Of a stretch of DNA of 64,000 nucleotides, positions 23,171-39,262 are shown one piece after another. The stretch comes from Eledone cirrhosa (taxonomy: Eukaryota): assembly GCA_964016885.1 (NCBI GenBank), contig OZ024742.1, positions 100,936,001 through 101,000,000 on the forward strand, given 5' to 3'. Position 1 is the stretch's first letter; each line of letters begins with the position of its first letter. The notes below the pieces were generated by a model. It saw only the letters and a program-made list of their open reading frames with translations, had not been told where the DNA came from and searched no databases. A program made the position numbers and the translations under genes.

Positions 23171-25319
23171 AGTATGTATGTATAGGATTTTCTTTCTGTC
23201 AACATAAAGAAGATCTAGGTATAATATAAAACTACTTGCATTATTTTAACATTACTTTAAAACAATTATTAAATTATAAAAAAAGGAAAAGAAAAGGAGC
23301 CGATTGTCAGGTCGGTCCAAGGAAACTGTTTCCACTGATCTTTCCTTTGCTGATACTATCCGTTTAAAGTATCCCCCCTCCCCGAACCAGGCTTCTATTT
23401 ATGAAAATATAATGGGTAGGTAGGGAAGGATGTTTTCAAACTAGGTTCATTAGTTTTAACACTTTTACCCTATGATCATGTTGTTTTTTATTTTCTTCCA
23501 AAGTTCTCAAAATGCAAAAACATCATCAGTGGAGAGAGGCTTGCTGAATATATAGGTTTCTAAAATATTTCCCAAACAAAACAATGTCAATATTAATTAT
23601 TCAGAGCTTATGAAATGTTTCAACTGCTTCGAATTAAAAGTTATCTTTTTTTATTTAATTTTTTATTTCAATTTTACTTTTTCAAAATTCAGCTCTATGG
23701 AACTGAGTTTTATTGAACTTTTAACCATATATGTTTTTGATATATTCCAATATCTTGACATGTGTATGTACACATGCACAGACATAAAAACACATTCATA
23801 TGCATACACAATGATTGCTGTTGATGTTAAGTTGCTGATAACTTAATGTTGTAGTTACAACCATTTTACATCACGTTCATGGTTATTACTTCTACTTGGA
23901 AGGGCATGAAAGCCCCATTATCTCATTTCCTCATCATCAATACACCAAATACACACCAAAACACCATAAAAAAAAGGAATTTACAGTTCACTTCTATGCA
24001 GTTTTAGCTGGCCTTCTATGAGGTTGCATGTCATAGTAGGTTTCTTGGATGTTTGAATCATAGGGTCCCCAGCTCCAAGATGAAAAACATGAAATGAAGC
24101 ATCTTGCTCAAGAACACATGCCACCCCCTCCAGGAATTGAACCCACAACCTTATGATTGCAAGTCCAACATCCTAACCACTAAGCTACATGCCTTCACCT
24201 CCTAACACACTGTGTAAGGTTGCTAGTTAGTAAACATATGTATATCATCTTCTGTAGAAGGCACTGTGCCACCACCACACCACACTACATCACATCACAT
24301 GTAATCACTATTGTCAGCTTTAAAAATACAAAACTTATGTTGCATGCTACAACTGGAATTTTAAATTGTTCTAACTTTATCAAACGGAACGTTATAAGCA
24401 AGACATGGGTCTCTGACCTATCTTAATCTTGGACCATGAGGACCCATCCAATCTATACCAGCAATGAAGGCAGACATAGAATAATAATGATGATGATGAT
24501 GATGATAATGATCTCTGGCAGCTGGAGATAGATGGGGCTGGGGCACATCAGGTTGGGGGGTTCTCTCATGCACAAAAAAATTAGAATACACAGCAAACCC
24601 CCAATTTTTCATATCAAAGTCAGTTTGGTGCAAGTAATTGGAATTAAATAGTTATGCATACAGGTATTCATTTTTTATAAAATTGAACCATCCTCATTTT
24701 ACATCTACTTTTGACACTGCATTAGAATATTGTTCTGGAACAATCTGATTTCTCTAAAGTTGAGAACATTTGATGAATTTTGCCACTCTAAGGACATTAA
24801 ATACTTTAAAGTATAGTTCTCATTGTCAAAGGGATAAAACTAAAAAGCCCATCAGAGGGTACAAATAAATTGCTACGGCTGTCGCTGGTAGGACCCCCAC
24901 CCCACCCCACAATGGCAGTTGCCTCCCATTAAATCTGGCCCTGCTTATCAAGAATGCCCCATGTTAATAGGTACCCATGGCTTCCAATTCCACATGGCTT
25001 TCATTCAGTTTTTTTTTTCTCTTTGTGCCTCCATGTTTATGTATATTACATTTTCATCTCACATACACATACTCAAAAACACACTAACATTCATACTCAC
25101 ACACACGCACACATATACACACAGATACTTATTCAAACATACAAATGCACAGATGTTCATTCAAACGCACACACAAAAAGACACACTCATTCACATATGT
25201 ATGAATGTGAATATATATGTATTCTTTTGCTGGTTTCAGTCATTTGAGTGCAGCCATGTTGGGGCAGTACCTGTGTGTGTGCATGCATGCATGTATGTAT
25301 ATATATATGTGTGCATGTA

Positions 25320-25370
<51 letters not shown>

Positions 25371-25418
25371 GATGATTAGCCAAGAAAAAGTTAAGACCAT
25401 ATATTCTAACAGTTTAAC

Positions 25419-27575
<2,157 letters not shown>

Positions 27576-27937
27576 TACACACATACATTTATATAATTAA
27601 ACTGTTGTGTATCAAATATTTTGCAAAATAGGGGAAAATGTTTTCATTAGCAGGCAGTGGTGAGAAAAGGAAGTTGAACCAAATCTCAAAGAATGGCTTC
27701 TAAATACAATGTCTCCATTTACGGGTTGTAAAAGATGTTTTTTTTTTTGTGGTTTTTTCTTTCGTGTTTTATTTAGTTCCTCAACTTGTGTGTCAGTGTG
27801 TCATGGTATTAACTCTAACAAGAATCAACAAAAACTGCTCTGTAATATTGGTTTTATTACAGGCTATATATATAGTTTTTTAATAAGTTATATATATGTA
27901 TATATACCTTGTTTTCTTACAAACTGTGTATATATAC

Positions 27938-27970
<33 letters not shown>

Positions 27971-28297
27971 GCTTATAAGAAAACAAGCAATATATGTATA
28001 TATACACACATACCAAAAATTGGAAAGCTAACTCTTCTGTTTAAGTGTGTAATTGTTTGTCTCTTGTATAAAAAAAATACAAAAACAAAGAAAAAACAGA
28101 AAACAACAAGACAATAGAATGCTATATTATGTTTTCCATAAAAATTATACATTTGCTACAGAATATTTGAACATCTTTTGAAGAAGGGACTTTTTGTCTT
28201 AAGGAGAAACTGAAATCAAGAGAAGAACTTCCTCTATATATATATATATATATATATATTCTTCAGTTTATCTAATTTAAAGATAGATAAATGATGA

Positions 28298-28303
28298 AAT
28301 AAA
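28298..28303 (+). terminator. Candidate distal polyadenylation signal AATAAA
   Basis: Lies at the end of a unique, A/T-tract-rich, UTR-like stretch, before repeat-dense sequence resumes. Unverified. Confidence 0.2.
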
Positions 28304-28429
28304 TATACAACTATCGGTATTTGAGAATCAATGGCTTTCTTTGAAACATTTCTTCTGGTCAGAAACATTGTTCAGGATAAGACAACTTGATTGAATTGAA
28401 TTCTGAAAAGTATAGGTGAGTTAAGCTCT

Positions 28430-28932
28430 CAATAGACTGTCTGCTGTTGAGTGGAGGTGAGTTGCTTGGCAGACCATGGCTGCAGTGAGTGAAGCAGAGC
28501 TGTTCAACAGACCATCAGTGCAATGAAGGGAATAGAAATAAGGTACTCAGCAGACCAGAACTGCTGTGAATGGAGGTGAGCAGACAGTTTATGGTGAGTG
28601 GAGTAGAGCTGTTTGGCAGGCCAATACAGTGGAGCTGAGCTACTCAGCAGGCCAACACTTCAGTAATTAGAGTAGAAATAAGGTGCTCAGCTGACTGGGA
28701 CTGCTGTGAATGAAGTACAACTGCTTGGCTAACTGACACTACAGTGAGTGGAGTAATGCTGCTTGGCAGGCCAAGACTGCAATACAATGAATATGAGCTA
28801 CTCCGGAAGACCAAGCCTGTACTGAGTGGAGCTGAGCTGCTCATCAAACTGAGACTGCAGTGAATGGAGGTGAGCTGCTCAACAGACCAAGACTTCAGTA
28901 AGTGAAATGGAAGTAAGCTGCTCAGCAGACTA
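28430..28932. repeat. Degenerate ~40-bp GC-richer tandem repeat
   Basis: Recurrent GAGCTGCTCAGCAGACCAAGACTGCAGTGAATGGAG-like units. Confidence 0.8.
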
Positions 28933-29292
28933 ATACAGAAGTCCAGTTCTAAATTCCTGTTATTGCTATCTAAGACACTAAAATCCTCAATGAAAGTCCA
29001 TCAATGTCACACAGTCACATTTTCACCTATAAATCTTGAAGGTATTTATGCCTATATAAGAAATCTGTCTAGTTGTTTAGTAACACAAAATAGCTTATGT
29101 TCCCATGATTATGACACCTCAAAACTTCTAGACAAAAATATCCCACAATTCCATATTATATCTCTGTTTTAAATGTGAGGCTTTATTGTGCCTGCCATGA
29201 AATGACTCATTATCATTCATTTGCTTTGTCTTCATGCACATGGAAGTTAAATGTTTTGTTTTGGCTACACCCACACACATAAATGTATGTAT

Positions 29293-29622
29293 GGAGGCAC
29301 ATGGCTTAGTGGTTAGAGCATTGGCCTTGCAATCGAAAGGTTGTGAGTTCAATTCTCAGACCGGGTGATGTGTTGTTTCCTTGAGCAAGACACTTTATTT
29401 TACATTGCTCCAGTTTACTCAGCTGTAGAAATGAGATGATAGGGACTGGAGTCCCTATCATTCCACTGCAAAGTAGCCGTGGATGTGTCATGGCAAAAAC
29501 CACCCAGCACTCACTGTAAATGAGGTTGGTGTTAGGAAGGGCATCCAGCTGTAGAAATCAAGCCAGAATCAGTTCACGTCCCACCCTTGCAAGCAGGGAA
29601 AAGTGGACGTAAAATGATGATG
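29293..29622 (+). mobile_element. Young tRNA-derived SINE family B (CORE-like centre, RTE-derived tail)
   Basis: A box TGGCTTAGTGG, B box GAGTTCAATTC, centre CCTTGAGCAAGACACTT..CTGTAGAAATGAG, tail matching the RTE 3' end at 17003-17042, then (ATG)n. Confidence 0.92.
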
Positions 29623-29955
29623 TATATATGTGTGTGTGTGTATATATATTTATATATATGTATATAACATTTTACATACATATATGTTTATATATATATA
29701 TAATGCTAGCGTGGAAGATGGACGTTAAACGATGATGATGATGATGATTATTTCATTTAGAAGTGACTTTTTCGGGACTAGTGCTGATTCATTTGATGAT
29801 GAAATTGTCAGAAAGTCACTTCTCAATGACAAATAAAATAGCCTCTCTACCTGATGTATTGAGTACCTTACTTTAATAGTGGTTCCCTTCTGTTTTTAAC
29901 AGAACACTGTTCTACTACATAGCATCATCATCATACATCTGGTTTTGTCTGCTAG

Positions 29956-30027
<72 letters not shown>

Positions 30028-30029
<2 letters not shown>

Positions 30030-30282
30030 GAAGGCATGAGGAATAGTAGTTAGGAAGTTGGACTTACAATTGTAAGGTCATGGGTTCAATTCTCATATCA
30101 GGAGAGACATTGTGTCCTTGAGCAAGATATTTCATTTCAAATTACTCAAGTCCACTCAACTAAAAAAAGAGAACCAGCAAACAGCTAGGGGTTAATTCTG
30201 TGAAGGAAGTCTTATATTCTCAGTCACTTAAACCAAAAGGAACCAGAATCAGTTCTGGGCTTGCAACAGACTTTAACTTTTT
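30028..30282 (+). mobile_element. SINE family B with alternative tail 2 (another copy about 42242-42505)
   Basis: Same head and centre; tail CTCAGTCACTTAA..ACAGACTTTAACTT. Confidence 0.7.
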
Positions 30283-31092
30283 AATGTTATATGTGTGTGT
30301 GTCTATGTATGTATATATATATATATAATTTTCCTTCTTTGACTAACCAAATTACGAAACACTACTTCACACCAGGCATGTATATTTGGAATGTCTGCAA
30401 ACTGCAATTTCATGATTGGTGCTATTAATGCTTTTTTTATTTTTTTTATTTTAATAGTAATTTATTTATTTGTTTACCTTTATTTATCCCCTTTATTTGC
30501 CTTCCTCTACATTAATCTGCTAAGACTGTCAATTCTTGTAATTTTTTTAAAATCACTTTTAGGTTCAGGCATGTTTCTAAAGTATATATTATATCTTTTT
30601 TTCCTTTGTTCCTTTTACTCCATATGGAACATTTGGCAATGACAGATCTTCATTCCACACATGCCTACTTCCAGGCCAGTCCCAGGTCTTCACTGGAGAT
30701 AAAGTGGGATTGTGACTGGGTGACTATATATGTGTTGAACGTTTGTGACTAGTATACATGGGCAGCCACTAGTGGGATTGTGACAGGATGACTATGTGTT
30801 AGATGTTTGTGACTAGTATACATGGGTAGCCACTGTCCATGATACTGTGGACGCATTGGTCAAACCTGCTCAACCCATCCCAGATGAATGCTGACACAAA
30901 TACAAAATAGGAAGGTCATAAGTTTGTATGTAAAATTATGATGAAAGGTTTATACATTTATATATAAACAATTTAACCTTTTTGTTATGTTTTTAATGAA
31001 AGGCACTATGATTTTCAAATAATTTTGAAATTTATCAAGTATATGGAGGGATTTATTAATATAAGTAACTTTCTCATTACTTAGTGTTTAGG

Positions 31093-31292
31093 ATGGTGGA
31101 TTGGAAGAATCAGGAGAGCGTCGGACACCCGGCTTTGCGCCTCAGAGTTACGGCCCTTTACATTCTGAGTTCAAACCCCACAAAGGTTAGCTTTGCCTTT
31201 CATCCTTACGGAATTGATGAAATAAAGTTCTAGTCATGCACTGGCGTTGGTTTAATCGACTTTCCCCTCGACCCAAAATTGCTAGCCTTGTG
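31093..31292 (+). mobile_element. SINE family A
   Basis: Full head, core and tail. Confidence 0.85.
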
Positions 31293-32494
31293 TCTATATC
31301 AGAAACCATTTTAAAGTTAGTGTTTAGGGTGGGGTTTGGCAGAGATGTTAGTGTCAGACAAATGCTTAGCAGTATTTCTTTTGGTTTTCAGTTCAAATCC
31401 TGCAGAGGTCAACTTCGCCTTCTATCCATTCAGGATTGATAAAACAGAATACCAGCCTAAGGTGGTGGAATGTCTAAATTATTAAAGCATTAGACAAGAA
31501 GCCTTGACATGTTTGTTCTGGCTCTTGCATTCTGAGTTCATATCCGTCTGTGGCCTATTTTGGTAGCCGACTATATCTATTGCTTGATTTAGCACTACCA
31601 CCTGGCTCTTGGGCATCTTTAGTGTTGTAAGTATTTGGACCAGGCCTCAATTTTGAGGATACCTTTCTCAGAGGCCATGGAAAGTATTAGCTAGCTGTAT
31701 ATGTTCTTTGTTGCATCAACATAGAATATTCTTAACATACATCACTGCTGATAGACTAATATATCAGTCTTGGGTCTCTATGAACGAAGTGCTTTAACTA
31801 TTTTACCTGCTAAATCAGAGGTTAGTCTTATGGGTTTCCATGATAGACGTCATACTACTCAGGCATGATTTACAGCCAGATGTCTTTACTGACATCAACC
31901 TTTTTAGTCACTTCATACAACATATAGGAATATGGTGTATCTATTCTAAATAAAATATACAAACAGTCTAGTGTCTATGTGTAGCAAATATAATTATTGG
32001 GAACAAGCAAAGAGATAAAGTTGTCTTCATCTTTACTACCAAATATTTTTTCCTGTTAATCATCATCATCATCATCATCATTCCACACTAGCATGGGTTA
32101 GACGGGTTTGTCCCATTTGAGGCAAGTTGGGTCAGGTGATTGTGTCTCGCTCATTTAAGACTTTCTGGCTGGTTTTTTATGGCTGGATGCCCTTCCTAAC
32201 GCCAATCACATTTACAGTGTGGGCTGGATGTTATGTGCTACTAACATAACTTTACTGAGTAAGGATGGTGTGGGTGGAAGTGGGAGGGAGATATGGGGTG
32301 TATATTGGATTAAGAGGTGGCTACTGTTAAGTAATCACCTTTATATAAATTATGATATAATTTTGCTTTCTTTCACATATAGTTTTTTTCATTAGTTTTT
32401 AAATCTTGTTTTCATTAGTTTTTAAAACTTGTCTATCTTGATTTTTATTCTCTATTACGATGCATATGTGTGCGTGTATGTATATACAGATGTA

Positions 32495-32888
32495 TGGGTG
32501 TGTTAATGGTTAAGAAGTTCACTTTGAAATAATAAGGACCTAGGTTCGATCCCACTGCATGACATTTTGAGCAGATACCATTTACTACAGCCTCGCGTTG
32601 AATCAACCCTTGTGAAGGAAATTTGATAGATGGAAACTATATGGAAGCCTGTTAGATGGACTGACCTTTAAGTCAAAAAGAAAGCCTTGTCAAACTGAAT
32701 CTCCCAGAGAATTACATTAAGATTACACACGTCTGTGGTATACTGGGCCACTTGTGCTATAAGAGGATTCTCCCTAGGAATTTGTTAAGGATACATGCGT
32801 CCGTGGAATACTCAGCCACATTAATATTAACTTCACAAGCAGGCTGTCTTATTGATCAAACAACTGGAACACCCATCGTTGAAACAGA

Positions 32889-32890
<2 letters not shown>
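32495..32890 (+). mobile_element. tRNA-derived SINE with tail 3 (related copy about 42825-43260)
   Basis: GGTTCGATCCC B box; tail GAATCTCCC..CTGTGGAATACTCAGCCAC..GATCAAACAACTGGAACAC, internally duplicated. Confidence 0.7.
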
Positions 32891-32928
<38 letters not shown>

Positions 32929-32933
<5 letters not shown>

Positions 32934-33395
32934 TAAGTATGTATACGTACATACATATATGTATACACACGTACAGTAGTATGCATATATATACATACAT
33001 GCACACATATATATATATGTACGTATGGATTCACCGAATATTTATTATAATGCTCGGTGTGTTTGTAAACAAACATCCCGACTTAAGCCGTAGTGTCTAG
33101 CAACCATCGTTGCTCATTTGTTCAACACTGACAAAGGAACGATGTACTAGTTTCAAGCTTACGATGGTTGCTAAACATTGTACGGCTTAATTCGGGATGT
33201 TTGTTTACAAACAAACCGAGCATTATAATAAATGTTCGGTGAAACCATACGTATATATATATATGTGTGCATGTATGTACATATATACATACTACTGTAC
33301 GTCTGTATACATTTATGTATGTACGTATACATACTTATATTTAAGTAACAGCCGTACTAAGAGTGAGAAATGAAATTTTGTTTCATTTTTTCCAT
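32929..33395. repeat. Fold-back copy of a dispersed ~437-bp element (arms about 32929-33110 and 33161-33341)
   Basis: Arms are reverse complements; the same sequence occurs as a direct tandem at 60141-60766. Confidence 0.9.
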
Positions 33396-33636
33396 TTATA
33401 TATATATATAAATAAAAAACGAGGAAGTTTCGTTTACCTACACTATATATATATATATATTTGAGCAAGAAAGGTAGGGGCCTTTCCTGTGGTATTTTAA
33501 AAGATATCATAGAATTAGACATCTTAACGTGGAAGTCCTTTTTATTTAAGAAAAAGGTTGAAAGGAAGGGGAATAACCCTTTATTTACTAAAGTAAAATA
33601 ATTGCTTGCTTTTGAAATAATCTTTTATTGATTAAA

Positions 33637-33818
33637 TAATTGTTTCTACTTTTTGGCACAAGGCCAGCAATTATCTCAGTACATTACTGGTACTTTATTT
33701 TATCGACCCCGTAAGGATGAAAGGCAAAGTTAACCTCGGCGGGATTTGAACTCAGATCGTAAAGGGACGTAACTATGCTGGAAAGCATAATCCGACCCCC
33801 TACCGATACTGCCAATTC
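33637..33818 (-). mobile_element. SINE family A, young short-tail subfamily
   Basis: Near-identical to copies at 49973-50120 and 53300-53440; flanked by repeated TGATTAAATAATTG (likely TSD). Confidence 0.88.
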
Positions 33819-33847
33819 TGATTAAATAATTGAAGGCGGATCGTATG

Positions 33848-33879
<32 letters not shown>

Positions 33880-33886
33880 TTTTCAG

Positions 33887-33962
33887 GGTCCGTTTAGCTC
33901 AATGGTTAGAGCAGTTGGCCAATATCTGAAAGATATGGAGTTCGATTTTTCATAGCAACTGC
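33887..33962 (+). pseudogene. tRNA-derived relic or SINE head (tRNA-Ile-like)
   Basis: TAGCTCAATGGTTAGAGC (A box/D arm) and GAGTTCGATT (B box); acceptor and anticodon stems do not pair well. Confidence 0.45.
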
Positions 33963-35626
33963 TGGCCATTTTTTTACATCTATAATTGGTCTTTACTTGA
34001 TTTTCTATGCTAGTTATTACGGTTATTTTTCTGCGTCTGAGTTTTCCTACATTACACACACACACACAGATATGCGAGGTCTGTCAAAAAAATATCTGAC
34101 CTTAGACTGAGAAAAGAAATTATGTACTTGAGGTTCAATTGCTAACCCCCTTCATAGTAGTCCTTTGTGCCTCCATATACTTAGCCCATCAATCCTTATA
34201 CTGCTTGAAGCACATCTGAAATGGTAGTTCTTGAGTGATGTCCTCTTAGCTCTCAAAGAAGTCAGAAGGATCAATGTCTGGAAAGTAGAGAGCCAGGTAA
34301 ACAAGCAAAATGACTATCTTTGCTAAGAAACCTTGGATCAGCAGTGACAAATGCAGCTGCCAGTTTTGAAAGGACCACACATCAAGTCTCTTACCACCAC
34401 AATGATGTCAGAAGATAGTACTCTTTTGTAACTTTTTGTTATTCTGTGTACATATTTATCATACACGATGCTTTGGTAGTCAAATAAAACAGTCAACATA
34501 GGTTACATCTTATCTCCAGTTATGTCAGTATTCAGGACACTTGAGATCTCTGTTGGCAGTATCAGATGGAATGAAAATGCAAGGAGTATGTAGTGCAGCA
34601 TCTCATATACTGGCTGCTTGGCAGTGACTGAAACATCTGGTGAGATCACCAAAATCACACATCCAGTATGTGTTTATTTTCAAGTTCTAGATTCTTCCAT
34701 CTCTACATCAACTGCTACAGTACTTCCCTTATCCAGTTCTATACACTCAGCCTCTAAGTTAAGCAATGAACTCCTTAATTTAACCCTACTCTATCTACCA
34801 CCAACACATCCACTACTATCAAATCTCTAATGTCCCACTGACTGTAAATTCTCAATTTGTGCAGCTATCTCTGATACCTTAACAGGTCACTAAACTTGTG
34901 CAATCATTCAAATGAACAAGTAAATTAAAAAAATAATAATAAAAGAACAGAAAAAAGGTTTCTAACCTTTTTTATGCCAACCTGGTCAAAACCAACTCTG
35001 GTTCTATAAAACAAAATGATCCATTTAAAGGTTTCCTATTGAAATATCTCTGCCAAGATATTTTTATATAAGAACCACTTGTCAAGTTATAATTTAAACA
35101 ATGAAATAATAATCTTAGTAAATCCATCGAAATAGAGTGTATTTCATTAGAAATGTGGTCACGAAAGGGTTATATAAAAGAGCTGTTTCGTTATGTCAAA
35201 GTTGTACTTGTCTAGCAAGTGACTTTGATCTGAGACTGTGTTGCAACCAAAGCAGTTACAGCATGGAAGAATTATTTTAGCCATTGAAGAACAGACAAAA
35301 GCTGTTAACTTTTCTTTATATTTATTTCTTAATGTCAAAATTTTCACCTCACTGTTTGTAGGCCTGGTCACTTCTACTGCAACAGTGCAGCAAAACATTT
35401 TGCCAACAAGAAATTAATAAATGTAAAAAGTTAACAGCTTTTGTGTTTACTTAAATGACTACCATGACTCTTCTGCGATGTATTTTGTAATGACGGTATC
35501 TAATGTTTTTCCTCCATTGCTAACACACACAAAACAATGGATAATATTATATAGATATACCACTTAGTAACTTTTAGTATGATAGGGATTTTATATATAT
35601 ATATATATATATATATTAGGCTATAT

Positions 35627-35958
35627 GGAGGCACATGGCTTAGTGGTTAGAGCATTGGCCTTGCAATCGAAAGGTTGTGAGTTCAATTCTCAGACCGGGT
35701 GATGTGTTGTTTCCTTGAGCAAGACACTTTATTTCACATTGCTCCAGTTTACTCAGCTGTAGAAATGAGATGATAGGGACTGGAGTCCCTATCATTCCAC
35801 TGCAAAGTAGCCGTGGATGTGTCATGGCAAAAACCACCCAGCACTCACTGTAAATGAGGTTGGTGTTAGGAAGGGCATCCAGCTGTAGAAATCAAGCCAG
35901 AATCAGTTCCCGTCCCACCCGTGCAAGCAGGGAAAAGCGGACGTAAAATGATGATGAT
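35627..35958 (+). mobile_element. Young SINE family B with RTE tail
   Basis: Differs from 29293-29622 at only a few positions. Confidence 0.92.
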
Positions 35959-36175
35959 TCTCTACTGCTGGTCTGTGATTACACACACTCTATAGACATA
36001 TATATATATATAATAAAAGAACGATTTGTTATGTCTTCATTATGTTTATTGAGTAGTGACATTTCACTATTGATCAGCTCAAGGTTCGAACTGTATCGAT
36101 CTATCCCAACTCTGGAATCAAAAGCTTGTCGGACTTCTGCTGTGGTAATGACATTACATTACATGTTACATTCCC

Positions 36176-36210
<35 letters not shown>

Positions 36211-37367
36211 GTCTTTGTTTTGGTCGAAAGGGTCTGACCCCAAGTTTAAATAAATCATTCACTCTTTTCTCCTACACACACCTATATATATATATATACG
36301 TATGGATAAGATCTCAACATAATTACATGCTGCCTAACTTCAACCAGCATAGGACATAGACATTCTATATCTGCTAGTTTAGTTATCTTCAGGCAAACAC
36401 CAAGATCATCTCAACATTTGTGTTGAGATCTTATTCATATAATATATTTTGGCCCTGTACATTACATAGTGATTTTTCCCTTGATCTATATGTATATATA
36501 AAATAGAAAATTAGCCCAAGGGACAAACTAAAAGATACTGGGAAATTGGAACTAAATGAGCAAAAACATCCCACTGATAATCAGCTGTCTCCTGGAGGTG
36601 GGGAAAAATGAACACGATTTCAAGTGCATATAGACAATACCAGTAATTAGCTACTTTGGATTCAAGAACAACAGAAGAAGATGACGAAATCTGATTTATA
36701 TTAGTTTTTTTACTAAAATAACTAGGAAACAAAACCAAAAAAGCACAAACGGAAAACTGGACAACAGAATGTTCCTGAAATAAGGAAGTAGAATGTTTTC
36801 TATCCCTTGTGCTAATTTTTTACTACATATATGTATATATATATATAAAATATTAGAAGTTATTAAGGTTGAGTCAGTGGCTTGACACCTCAAAGTTTAT
36901 CCTGTATGTCACAGGGTCTCTAGACAGTTCTTACAAAACACTTTACACTCTCTTAACACACAGAAGGATCTTCAAGGTAACAGGCCTCTTACTGACCTAA
37001 TATACTATTTATATCTTCGATGGTATTGAATGCTCATTCTCATCAAAACTAATAAATGTGTGTGTATGTGTGCACACACACACACATACACACACATATA
37101 TATATATATTATATATATATATATATATATACACACATGATAATCACATAGTAGATCATAGTGTATCAGTGTATCTGTATAATTTCATACATTAAATATA
37201 CTATGCAGATGGATATGGTATATCTATAATTTTATATATTAGGTTTATACTATGCTGGCTTATGGTAATATATGATTTTCAAATTTAGATATAAATCAAT
37301 GCTGGCTTGTAGTATACATGCATATGTGTGAGTGTGTATATATATATATATACACACTCACACATAT

Positions 37368-37416
37368 GTTTCAGAAGATCCCGTTGAGGGTGAAAGCAGA
37401 GATTCTTTGCTTAAAC
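37368..37416 (+). ncRNA. Type I hammerhead-like motif with full stem III and one core substitution
   Basis: GTTT-CAGAAGA-TCCCGTTGAGGGT-GAAAGCAGAG-ATT-CTTTGCTT-AAAC, then AATAAA. Related partial copy at about 61385-61450. Confidence 0.5.
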
Positions 37417-37605
37417 TTTAATCTGTTATTTTAATAAATATATACATATATATATATATCTACAAGTATTTACACTCTGCATGTTACAGCTGCCTTTGTA
37501 CTTGAGTACACTGAAATATAAACTTACATGAGACAGAACCATATAACAGTATTGAGTGCTTTAAATGACGAATCACCTATAACTATAGTTACATACATTT
37601 CTACC

Positions 37606-37647
<42 letters not shown>

Positions 37648-37650
<3 letters not shown>

Positions 37651-37977
37651 ATGGGGAAAATATGAAGTTGTAGATGTTAAAGAATCTTTTATTAATTGAG
37701 CCGTTATACATATTTCAATGATGATTGGTATCGTGATTTCATGGTCTACGCAGAGCTGTCGGGAGGTTCTGAAAGTTAGAAGAGAGCGGGCAACCTAAGC
37801 AAAAGCATAATTTTTACTAGTCCGCTCCCTTCCACCTATAATTGCCTCAGAAATGTTACCTTTTACTCAATTTTGCTGTCGGATGAAATCACGATATCAA
37901 TTGTCATTGAAATATGAATCATAGCTCAATTAATAAAAGATTCTTTAGCATCTACAACTTCACATTTTCCTCATTCT
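37648..37977. repeat. Fold-back element (arms about 37648-37742 and 37883-37977)
   Basis: GAAGTTGTAGATGTTAAAGAATCTTTTATTAATTGAGC versus GCTCAATTAATAAAAGATTCTTTAGCATCTACAACTTC. Confidence 0.88.
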
Positions 37978-38067
37978 AAATATACTCCGTCATCCTTATT
38001 TTGAAGAAGTAATATGACATTGAGTGCTTGAAATGAATTGCATCCTTGTCTACCAAATATGTATATG

Positions 38068-38200
<133 letters not shown>

Positions 38201-38405
38201 ATATATATATAAGCATGGTATAACTAACATGCATAATCAATATATATATATATATATAATTTCAGCTATATATATATATATAATGTGGGTAATAATAAAT
38301 CTTACCCAATTACAAGTATGAAACTAGCTCAATGTAAAATAACAAGTATAATACAGAGCCGAAATATAATGTAAATGACAATCAAAGGGTATTTAAATCA
38401 TTTAA

Positions 38406-38454
38406 TCACTTACAATCGTTTCATCCTAGCTCAAGGCTGGTATCATCAGAGTAG
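38406..38454 (-). ncRNA. Type I hammerhead ribozyme motif
   Basis: Minus strand: CTACT-CTGATGA-TACCAGCCTTGAGCTAGGAT-GAAAC-GATT-GTA-AGTGA. Intact core, GUA triplet. Confidence 0.68.
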
Positions 38455-39213
38455 ATAATAAAGGTCAAACACAAATATAATATCAAAACTTTGTCACAAG
38501 AACATTAGGAGGATACATAATATGGGAAGTTGGATAAGCATAAGTATCAATGTATCAACATTTATAAAAGATAACAGAGGCAGAAGAAGCATATAAAGAA
38601 TAGGAGCATATAAATGCAATAAAAATTAGGAGTAGATAAAAGTATTAAAAATAAAAAATTAAAAAATAAAAAACATGCTGTTACAGAAAAATTATAAATC
38701 ATGCTGCTACAGAAAAGTTAAGTACAGTGAAAAACATATATCCTAAATAGTTTTAAAAATGTATAAAATTAATAAGAGAAGGCATGCAATTCAAATGTAA
38801 ATTTAAAAATACATCTCCCAAAAATATTCTTAATAATGCATTTATTAAAGTTTGACTACGTAATTCAGTCTTTATAATAATTATTATTCAAACCATCCAA
38901 AGGAGTAAATAGAATCATGAAAGTAAAAAATCAAATATAGATTGAAGTGTTATCAAGACACATCATCCAAAAGTACCACATAGTTGAACATATCCTTAAG
39001 TGTACAGAGCATCCATCTTAACATGGAATTTTTAAAAATTTATCTGCTCCTAATTTTTATTGAATTTATATGCTCTTATTTGTATGCTACTTCTGCCTCT
39101 GTTATCTTATATAAATGTTGATACTTATACTTATCTAGCCTCCCATATTATGAATCCTCCTAATGTTCTTGTGACAAAGTTTTGATATTATATTTGTGTT
39201 TGACTTTTATTAT

Positions 39214-39262
39214 TTACTCTGATGAAAACAGCCTTGTGCTAGGATGAAACCATTGTAAGTGA
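39214..39262 (+). ncRNA. Type I hammerhead ribozyme motif
   Basis: TTACT-CTGATGA-AAACAGCCTTGTGCTAGGAT-GAAAC-CATT-GTA-AGTGA. 5-bp stem I, intact core. Confidence 0.68.

Noticed and set aside
29296-29365. tRNA gene-like sequence (also at 35630 and 59600)
   Set aside because: SINE head: runs directly into the SINE centre and tail, with no proper acceptor stem.
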